A DNA stretch of 56,271 nucleotides. Source: Candidatus Omnitrophota bacterium (GTDB taxonomy: Bacteria > Omnitrophota > Gorgyraeia > 2-01-FULL-45-10). Location: contig JAUYOL010000023.1 of the NCBI GenBank assembly GCA_030695905.1, forward strand, positions 1-56,271, read 5' to 3'. The notes below the pieces were generated by a model. That model worked only from the letters and a program-made list of their open reading frames with translations. It searched no databases and was not told the origin of the DNA. This document shows positions 1 to 7,600 of the stretch, piece by piece (within the stretch, counting starts at the first letter, position 1; every line of letters begins with the position of its first letter). The translations under genes were made by a program, and so were the position numbers.

Positions 1-1
1 T

Positions 2-1426
2 AACCTCTCATTCGACGACGCCTTTAATATAATATTACTTAGCCAGGACCTTGCCGCGGACAGGAGAGGCGACATAATAAACGTAATGACATCTTTGGAG
101 TATGAGAAACTTTACGGCAAGAAATATACCGATAAGAGAAGGATTAAACGTCTAAAGCTAAATTACGCGAAGCCATCAGTCGTCTTTAACGCGTTGGGGC
201 AGTTAAAATCGGATGTGGGCAAGATAATAGTGGATGAGTCGAGCGGGACAGTTATACTTATAGATATACCTGAAAGATTAAAAGTGCTTGAAGAAGCCTT
301 TAACAGGCTCGATCAGCCTCTTGATACCGCCGTCTTTGACCTTAAATACGCGAAGCCGGCCGATATTAAGGCCCATCTATCAAGCGCCATTACGCCCGGG
401 TTAGGCGAGGTCTTTGTCGATGAAAAATCGGGAAAGATAGTGGTATCGGATATGCCGGACAAGATAGCGAAGATAAGAAACGTGATCAGGGCCTTCGATG
501 CGGCCCCGCTGCAGGTATTCATAGAAGCCGAGATAGTGCAGCTTGTGCTCAATGATCAGTTTCAGCGGGGCGTAGACTGGAAGAAGATATTTGGCGATGA
601 AGAATGGATAAAGTGGGCCAAGTTGACAGGGCTGACCCTGGTAGGGCTTTTCCCGGCCACGGGCACTTTTATAGACGGCGCTTTTCAGAAAGTTACAGTA
701 GGCACCCTTGATGCCAATAAGTATACGGGCGTTCTTAAATTTTTACAGACATACGGCAACACCAAGACATTATCCCGCCCGCGTCTTGCCGTAGTGGATA
801 ATCAGGAAGCGAAGATAATGGTAGGCAAAAGAGACGCGTATGTGAGCCAGACCTTAAGCCAGGCACAAACAACCACGGTAACCTCGGAAAGCGTACAGTT
901 CGTGGATGTAGGGGTAAAGTTAAATGTGGTACCCTCCATATCGAGCGATGGCTTCATAGTAATGAAGATAAAGCCGGAAGTCAGTACAGTGGAAAGTATC
1001 CTCACGACATACTTAAAGAGCCAGATACCCATCATCGCGACATCGGAGGCCGAAACGGTGGTAAAAGTAAAAGATGGCACCATGATAATGATAGCGGGGC
1101 TGATGAAAGAAGAGAACGTAGATGATATACAGGGCTGGCCTTATCTATCAAAGGTCAAAGTTCTGGACGCGGCTTTTGGTAATAGATCCACCCAGAGGAA
1201 GAATACCGAACTTATAATATTCATCACGCCTCATATAATAACGGGTGAAGCTCCCGTGGATGACCATACTATGGAGGATCTCTATCCGGCAGACGTTCTC
1301 CCCAGGCCGCTCAAAGAAGACCTTATAGATAAAAAAGTTGGAGAAATAGGAGCCAAAAAAGATAGACAGAATGCAAATAGCAAAAAAGAAGACATCGCTT
1401 CAAAGATGAAAGGGATAAAAAAATGA
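2..1426 (+). CDS. Secretin (PilQ/GspD family outer-membrane channel), 5'-truncated by the window edge
   Basis: The frame is open from nt 2 (NLSFDDAFNIILLSQDLAADRRGDIINV, N0-like), so the ATG at 86 is internal. Two secretin_N-like modules (LKLNYAKPSVV..., FDLKYAKPADI...) precede the secretin core (LSRPRLAVVDNQEAKIMVG, VGVKLNVVPSIS, ELIIFITPHII). Confidence 0.85.
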   Translation, partial: NLSFDDAFNIILLSQDLAADRRGDIINVMTSLEYEKLYGKKYTDKRRIKRLKLNYAKPSVVFNALGQLKSDVGKIIVDESSGTVILIDIPERLKVLEEAFNRLDQPLDTAVFDLKYAKPADIKAHLSSAITPGLGEVFVDEKSGKIVVSDMPDKIAKIRNVIRAFDAAPLQVFIEAEIVQLVLNDQFQRGVDWKKIFGDEEWIKWAKLTGLTLVGLFPATGTFIDGAFQKVTVGTLDANKYTGVLKFLQTYGNTKTLSRPRLAVVDNQEAKIMVGKRDAYVSQTLSQAQTTTVTSESVQFVDVGVKLNVVPSISSDGFIVMKIKPEVSTVESILTTYLKSQIPIIATSEAETVVKVKDGTMIMIAGLMKEENVDDIQGWPYLSKVKVLDAAFGNRSTQRKNTELIIFITPHIITGEAPVDDHTMEDLYPADVLPRPLKEDLIDKKVGEIGAKKDRQNANSKKEDIASKMKGIKK

Positions 1427-1830
1427 GAAATAAAGCATTTAGATTTATATGTTTTGTAATTTTTTTCTTTATGCTGGGGAGTGTAAATTTGTTCGCCGCC
1501 GATAAGGCATCGCTTGAAAAAGAGGTGGTAAAGCTGAAAGAGGAGAACGCGCTCTTAAGCTCTGAGCGGGCCGGCATGTACGAAGAATTAGGCATAGCGT
1601 ATACTAAAGCAGGCCTTCTGGATGAAGCGATAGACGCTTATAAGAAGTCGTTATTTTATAATCCCAATAATGCCCAAATACACTATTATTTGGGGCTTCT
1701 TTACCAAAAGACAAGAAAAGACGTGGAAAAGGCCGTCTCCCATTTTAAAAGATATCTTTACCTTAATCCTGACGCCAAGAATAAGGATGAGGTAAGGTAT
1801 TTGATAGAGATGGTGCAGAATAAAAGATAG
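1423..1830 (+). CDS. Secreted TPR-repeat protein (paralog 1)
   Basis: Signal peptide (FFFMLGSVNLFAADKA) and TPR motifs (LGIAYTKAGLLDEAIDAYKKSL, HYYLGLLYQK). The C-terminal motif SHFKRYLYLNPDAKNKDEV is shared with the next two ORFs. ATGA overlap with the secretin stop. Confidence 0.7.
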   Translation: MRNKAFRFICFVIFFFMLGSVNLFAADKASLEKEVVKLKEENALLSSERAGMYEELGIAYTKAGLLDEAIDAYKKSLFYNPNNAQIHYYLGLLYQKTRKDVEKAVSHFKRYLYLNPDAKNKDEVRYLIEMVQNKR

Positions 1831-1840
1831 AGGGGATAAG

Positions 1841-2449
1841 ATGCCAAAAAAGAAGATAAATAAAAAAGATCAGGCCGTTTTTTACCTTATTGCCGGAATA
1901 TCCGCGGCGCTTTCGATAATATTCTTTATCGGGCTTTCGGCTTTCTATGTGCAGAACATACGGCTCAAAAGTCATGAGGCCGCGCTGGAAAAGAACATAA
2001 TTTCATTAAATGAGAACCTGCAGCAATGTCTTTTATCCGAAAAAGGCAGGACTAAAGCCGAGAATGACGCCGCGTCCTATCTTAAATGGAGATATGTGCT
2101 TAAAGATCAGGTTGATCAGACGGCCCGCATGTTTAATGACAGGATAAATACTATGAAGGGCGCAAAGAAGGACAAGTCTCTTACGGCCCTGTTGTATTAT
2201 AATCTGGGGCTGGCCCATACTATAAACGCGGACTTCGCGCTTGCCCTGGATGCTTTCGAAGAGGCGATCAAGCTGGATCCGAGTTCCGGTTACAGTTATT
2301 ACAATCTTGGATTGCTCTATTCAGCCTACAAAGATGATCCTAAGAAGGCCCTCGAATGCTATAAAAAATATATGGAAATATCCCCTAAGGGGTTATACGC
2401 GCAGACTGTAAAGGAAAGAATAAAGACGCTTGAGAGGTCAATGCCATGA
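1841..2449 (+). CDS. Membrane-anchored TPR-repeat protein (paralog 2)
   Basis: N-terminal TM helix (FYLIAGISAALSIIFFIGLSAFYV), then TPR (YYNLGLAHT..., YYNLGLLYSAYKDDPKKALECYKKYMEISP). Confidence 0.7.
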   Translation: MPKKKINKKDQAVFYLIAGISAALSIIFFIGLSAFYVQNIRLKSHEAALEKNIISLNENLQQCLLSEKGRTKAENDAASYLKWRYVLKDQVDQTARMFNDRINTMKGAKKDKSLTALLYYNLGLAHTINADFALALDAFEEAIKLDPSSGYSYYNLGLLYSAYKDDPKKALECYKKYMEISPKGLYAQTVKERIKTLERSMP

Positions 2450-3156
2450 AAGATAAAACTTTTTTAATAGTAGCGGCCGGGATAATAATAGTTTTAAGTA
2501 TATTATGCGCTGTTTTTGTTCTTAATACCTATAATTTGAAAAATAAAGTTGCCCAGAGCAATAGTATTATAGGTAAGATAGAGTCCGAACTTGGCCGCGT
2601 GCGCGAGGAAAAAGAAGAGATAGCGCGCAAGAGCGAAAAACTCTCCTCCGATGCCGTTTCATACTTAGCGATAAATACAAAGCTGGCTGAAGAAAAAGAT
2701 CAGTTGAATAAGAAACTGGAGGGCGCGCAGAAAATTATAGAAGCAAAAGAGGCGGATCTGCAGAGGTCGCAACAAAGGCTCAAGGACATAGAGAAAGAAG
2801 CCGTTACGGCTAAAAAAGCCAAAGATGACAAGCTGGCAAGAGAGAAGAGGTCTTTAGAGAAGAAGATAATCGCTACATCGGCAGCCATAAAAAAAGAGAG
2901 AGCGCTTTATCATTACAACTTAGGCGTGGCGTACGCGCAAGCCAAGCTTTATGATGAAGCGATAGAGGAATATGAAAAGTCGTTGGAATTTGACAGTGAC
3001 AACGCGGACGCTCATTATAATTTAGGTATATTGTATGAGACGATTACCAGTGATGCCGAACGCGCGATGTCCCACTATAAAAAATATCTCGAAATTAATC
3101 CGCGGGCTGAAGATATTGATGAGGTAGCCGGCCGCATAAACAGGCTGAGTAAATGA
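2446..3156 (+). CDS. Membrane-anchored coiled-coil + TPR protein (paralog 3)
   Basis: TM helix, about 120 aa of charged coiled coil, then TPR (HYNLGVAYAQAKLYDEAIEEYEKSL, HYNLGILYE...SHYKKYLEINPRAEDIDEV). ATGA overlaps at both ends. Confidence 0.7.
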   Translation: MKDKTFLIVAAGIIIVLSILCAVFVLNTYNLKNKVAQSNSIIGKIESELGRVREEKEEIARKSEKLSSDAVSYLAINTKLAEEKDQLNKKLEGAQKIIEAKEADLQRSQQRLKDIEKEAVTAKKAKDDKLAREKRSLEKKIIATSAAIKKERALYHYNLGVAYAQAKLYDEAIEEYEKSLEFDSDNADAHYNLGILYETITSDAERAMSHYKKYLEINPRAEDIDEVAGRINRLSK

Positions 3157-3437
3157 GACATATTGTCACCGGGCTTGTTGCCCTTCTGATAATTTTGCTG
3201 ATATTTATAGATGCGTACATTTTTATAGATAGCCAGATGTTAAAGAAGGCTATAGAGGCCAAGTCAAAAGAGCTTATACATAAAGTAAACGAAGATCAGA
3301 AGTTGATTAAAGAACGGATAGAGCGAATACACAAAGAAGATATGGCAGTTTTTTTTGAGAGATATAAAGAATTGGAAAAGGAAAAAAATAGAAGACGGGA
3401 AATGGAGAAAATTTTAAGCGATAAAAAAGTTAAATAA
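3153..3437 (+). CDS. Small membrane-anchored coiled-coil protein
   Basis: 94 aa with one TM helix (VTGLVALLIILLIFIDAYIFI) and a Lys/Glu-rich helix. Translationally coupled (ATGA) to the upstream gene. No recognisable family. Confidence 0.5.
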   Translation: MRHIVTGLVALLIILLIFIDAYIFIDSQMLKKAIEAKSKELIHKVNEDQKLIKERIERIHKEDMAVFFERYKELEKEKNRRREMEKILSDKKVK

Positions 3438-3444
3438 AATAAAT

Positions 3445-3473
3445 TTGCCAAAACGAAAAACCGGTGGTATACT
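3445..3473 (+). promoter_or_regulatory. Sigma70-type promoter, TTGCCA-17 nt-(TGg)TATACT
   Basis: -35 TTGCCA at 3445-3450, 17-nt spacer, extended -10 TGgTATACT (TG 3465-3466, TATACT 3468-3473). The same TGGTATACT occurs at 30846-30854. Confidence 0.55.
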
Positions 3474-3504
3474 TATAGTAGAAGTAAGGAAAGTTAGTAA
3501 TTAG

Positions 3505-3575
3505 GAAAAGGCAAACCCGTAGTAATACGGTGACGCAAAGCAGTGCGTCCGCCAAGTGCGGAACGGCAGGCTGCC
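3505..3575 (+). promoter_or_regulatory. Candidate c-di-GMP-I (GEMM-I) riboswitch aptamer
   Basis: GGCAAACC (3510-3517), a hairpin with GNRA tetraloop CCGUA-GUAA-UACGG (3517-3530), GACGCAAAGC (3532-3541), then a long irregular hairpin 3540-3574. This matches the core of the V. cholerae Vc2 aptamer as I recall it (GGCAAACC-hairpin/GAAA-GGGACGCAAAGCC). I could not build the closing P1 helix by eye. Confidence 0.55.
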
Positions 3576-3594
3576 AAAATTGCAAATATTGTTT

Positions 3595-3623
3595 CCCAGG
3601 CAAGGCAGCCTGGGATTTTTTTT
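3595..3623 (+). terminator. Intrinsic terminator / riboswitch expression platform
   Basis: CCCAGGC (3595-3601) pairs with GCCTGGG (3608-3614) across a 6-nt loop, followed by T8 (3616-3623). GGCAGCCTG (3604-3612) is also exactly complementary to CAGGCTGCC (3567-3575) at the 3' edge of the aptamer. Confidence 0.75.
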
Positions 3624-3682
3624 CAAAATTTTGAAAAGTGCCACGCTGAAATGGTGTTTTAAATGACAAAAAGGAGATAGCA

Positions 3683-4651
3683 ATGCCCAGAGTGCCACGC
3701 ATATACATAGAAAACTCCATTTGCTACGTTACATCCCGGGGCGACCATGATGAGGTCATCTTTAGAGAGGGTGGTGACTATCAAATGTATCTGGAGTTAT
3801 TAAAAAAGGCTAAAGAGCAATACAGGTTCAAGTTATTCGCGTTTTGCCTCCTTCCAAACCACCTGCACCTGCTCATAGAGCCGGATGATGAGGGCGCCAT
3901 ATCCCAGGTTATGCATGGCCTTAATTCGAATTATACAAAATACTTCAATGGCAAATATTCAAAGAGCGGCCATCTGTTTCAGGAAAGATACAAGATGGCG
4001 CTTATTGAAAAATCCCCGAATCTGTTGAATGTTACCGCTTATATACATTTAAATCCTAAGGCCCTGGGCATAGCCGCTGAAATTAAGGATTACCCCTATT
4101 CGAGTTACCCCGCTTACCTGAACGCGAAGACGGCCATTATAAATATAGGAGGAGAGGTAAGAGAGATATCGGGGTATCTTAGCGGAAAAAAATATGAAGA
4201 TTTTATTTCCGGCATAGCGCTTGGCTTTTTGCAGGATCTCGGCAAAGAGCTGTCAAAAAGACCCATAATAGGATCCGATGAATTTGTGGAAAAGGTAAAG
4301 AATAAAATCGAGAGCGATAAATTAAGGGTCGCGGAAGGTTCGCTCTCCGGCTCCATGTTCGGTATTATGTCCGGCAGGAAATTTCTCGCGGCATCGGGTG
4401 TGGCAATTGTCCTGCTCGGGGCATTGACATTTTATCTTTATTCAAGGGCATCGGCATTCAAGGACAACCTTAAGAATAAGGAATCCGAATTCAGCGGCCG
4501 GTTATTAAAAGCTAAAGACGATCTTAAGAAAGATCTTGAAGGAAAATATCGCGCGGATATGGTCTCTTTTGAGGCGATGACAAAACGTCTTGAGATGGAG
4601 AAGCAAAAGGCCGGGGAGCTGGAAGAGCAGCTTAAATCCCAACAGCCTTAA
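3683..4651 (+). CDS. HUH/Y1 (IS200-like, REP-associated tyrosine transposase-like) domain protein with a C-terminal TM helix and coiled coil
   Basis: The first ~150 aa match the COG1943/Y1_Tnp pattern: YHVxxRG-like YVTSRGDH, HUH motif LLPNHLHLLIEP, GHLFQERYK, and catalytic Tyr context TAYIHLNP. A TM helix (AASGVAIVLLGALTFYLY) and a Lys/Glu coiled coil follow. RBS aaaGGAGa lies 6 nt upstream. Confidence 0.75.
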   Translation: MPRVPRIYIENSICYVTSRGDHDEVIFREGGDYQMYLELLKKAKEQYRFKLFAFCLLPNHLHLLIEPDDEGAISQVMHGLNSNYTKYFNGKYSKSGHLFQERYKMALIEKSPNLLNVTAYIHLNPKALGIAAEIKDYPYSSYPAYLNAKTAIINIGGEVREISGYLSGKKYEDFISGIALGFLQDLGKELSKRPIIGSDEFVEKVKNKIESDKLRVAEGSLSGSMFGIMSGRKFLAASGVAIVLLGALTFYLYSRASAFKDNLKNKESEFSGRLLKAKDDLKKDLEGKYRADMVSFEAMTKRLEMEKQKAGELEEQLKSQQP

Positions 4652-4666
4652 AAAATCAGAAAGAAG

Positions 4667-7600
4667 ATGATTACCATGAAGACAAATTTAATTGCAAAGA
4701 GGGCGTTTTCAGGTTTCGTGGTGACATGTTTTATGCTCTTCTCCTCCTTGTATATATGGGCCGCCTATTCCCAATGGACCGACTCGAACTGGGCCCCTAC
4801 AAGCACTTATGTATACAAAACCGCCGCTATAAATACGTCCGGTCCGGGACTTAAGATTGATCCCGAAGTCGTGCCTGTTACAGATAGTGCCGCGAGCGAT
4901 TTTTTAAAAGGTACGAAGGGTCCTAATGTAATGATAGCTGGAAGTCCCGATGCCAGCCTTGAACTTGCGCCCACAGTGGATCCTTTTCCCGCCACTCTCG
5001 GGCAATGGGGCGAGTTGCCGTCTATACCTGCCCCGGGCGTCTACACGCGTTATATGAGGATGGGCGATTATATATATTGCATATTTGCCTCTGGAGACGG
5101 CAGGCAATTCGGCAGGATAAAGATAAGTGATATGTCGGATCCCGCAAAATTTCCGAAATGGGAGTTTTTGGAGCCCCTGCCTGTGGGGGTATCGGCAGGC
5201 ACCGCCGTTACTAATGACGGTGAGTATATATATGTATTGCGCGGCAGCGGTTCAAAAGAGGTTTATTTCTACCTTCCTCCGGAAATTACCGACCCGGATC
5301 CAGGTGATACCAAATTTCCATTCCTCTCTCCCGGTCCGGGCGAGTGGAAGAAATTTGGTACCGATACAATTCGTCTTACACAGGCTGCCAATGTTGGAGC
5401 GGATATTGCGCATACAGGTAGTCCTCTGTCTACAAAAAACGGTTATCTATATGTATTGAGCGGGGGAGATTCAAGTATATACTCCCGGTATGACCCCAAC
5501 GGCATTCTTAGTAATCTATGGGGAGGCCGCGCCGGGCTGACCGGTATTTTGGTTAATAGCGGAGCAAGTTTGTCCGTCAAGCCAGGCGATAATTATATCT
5601 ATGCTTCGATACCGAATACGAATAACATTAGGAAATATACAATTACCGATAATGTCTGGGCAACGAATATGCCTCCATTGCCTGTGGATACCGCAGGCCA
5701 TTCGCCGAGTTTTACGAGAGGCGCCAGGATATATTATCCCGGCTCCGGCGAATATTTATATGCATGCGGCATTTCAGAGACTTATGTGGGCCCTTACTAC
5801 ACGACAAAAACAAACCGCGGATTTTATAGATTTGGCCCTATTACCGGGACGCCGGCCTGGACACGTCTGGATGACTTACCCGCCCAGCTTTCAGAATATG
5901 GTTTCGTGATATACGATCCTGATATTGGCACCGCGAGTGAAGGCACGCGGCTGCATCTCGTTTCAGGGAAAAATTATACACGTCCGTGGGAATACAGCGT
6001 TACAAATAGTAAATGGAATACCCTTTCACAGGCGCCTCTTAGGAAAAATGGCATGGCATTGATCTCTCCAGGCCCCGGCAGCGACTATCTCTATTATGTG
6101 CCGGCAGATACAACTAATAATTTTTTCCGCTACACGATCTCCCGTAATAGATGGGAAGAGTTGAAGTCTTTGCCGGATAATATCGGCTCTGCCGGAAACC
6201 GTATCACGTATCTCAACGGATATGTATATTGCTTGCAGGGAAATAACAATAGTGGTTTCTGGCGTTACGATGTCAGTCAAGCTCCTGGAGCTGATAGCTG
6301 GGACATATCCCTTCCTCCCTTTCCTCTTACAGCGGGCGGCGGATCCGGAATAGTCGGTGTCAGATCGGGGGGCAATGATTATATATACGCCTTGCGCGCA
6401 AGCGGTACCAATACTTTTTATAGGTATGGTGTTACCAGCCAGGCATGGGAACCAATGGCAAATGCGCTGAATGTGTTTAGTGGGAACGGTATGGTATATC
6501 CGGGTTATCAGGAATCAGATGGCTATACCTATATATATGCCTCGTCAGATGGTGGTAGCGGCAACTTCTATAGATATGGGCCTATAGAGGAGGACGTGGA
6601 TGGAAATGGGGATGGCGTTATAGGCCAATGGCAGGCGAGAGCGCCGACTCTGTTTGGGAATGGAGCCGGATTTATGGGTATAGGAGCCCACTTATATTAT
6701 GTAGGCGAAGGAAAGATACGCGCTTCTCTTAAAAGTGGTACCTCTCAAAATCTTGTCTATTACATCGATACAAATATCTGGGAACTTAAAGAGCCCCTTC
6801 CATTTTATGATGGTATCAGCGCGCTTACTTCAGATGAGACAAGCATCTATGCTCTTTATGGTTATAGCGATGGCGGGTTCGCCAGATTTGATCTGGCCGG
6901 CCAATCATGGAATGAACCTGTGGTAAGCAGACATGGCTCTATCGCAGGTAATGCCGTAAGTGATAAGGATAAGAATATATATTTCGCATATGGGTACACC
7001 TGGTATAACACAGGTATGGATGCCTGGCATATATGGGTCTATTCACCGTCTTTAAGGCGCTGGACAGGTCTGATGAGGTGTCCTTTCTGGATAGCCAAAG
7101 GCACAAAGGCTGCCTATCTACAGGGTAAGAACGCTCTATTTATTACAAAAGGATCCGGATCAACCAAGCTTTATAAATATGATGTATCCTCGGGTCAATG
7201 GAGCGACTGCAACCCCGGAGACAGATTTTATGCCAATACACAGGTATGCGCAGGATATACAGAGAACGGCACTATGGAGGCAGTATATGCCGTAGGAGGA
7301 CCGAGTGGCAATACCCTATATATGTATTCTCCGGATGCGGATAGCTGGACATCGCTTATTACAGGGTTGCAGGTTTCTACCAAGCAATCTAATGTTATGG
7401 CGTATGTAAACGGTAAGATTTATGTGATAGCATTGGGGACCGGGGATCTTTACGCTTTCGATGGAACCAGCTGGGAACCGAAGGGGAAAATAGGGGGCGC
7501 AAATCCGGTATCTACGGATGAAGGCTGCGCTTTATTCAATAAGTCCGGTTCTAATTACCTGTATTGCATACCGTCATCTCCATCCGATTTATTTTTAAGA

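Noticed and set aside
3595-3614. SRP (4.5S) RNA-like AAGGCAGCC/CCAGG string
   Set aside because: This is only a short resemblance to the E. coli 4.5S domain IV region. There is no GGAA tetraloop hairpin or extended helix, and the terminator/anti-terminator reading explains it better.
3683-4651. Calling the HUH/Y1 gene an active IS200/IS605 or RAYT mobile element
   Set aside because: There is no TnpB, and I saw no subterminal hairpins or REP doublets flanking the gene. It is 15 nt from the next gene, sits behind a riboswitch-like leader, and carries a TM + coiled-coil extension. It is therefore annotated as a CDS rather than a mobile element.
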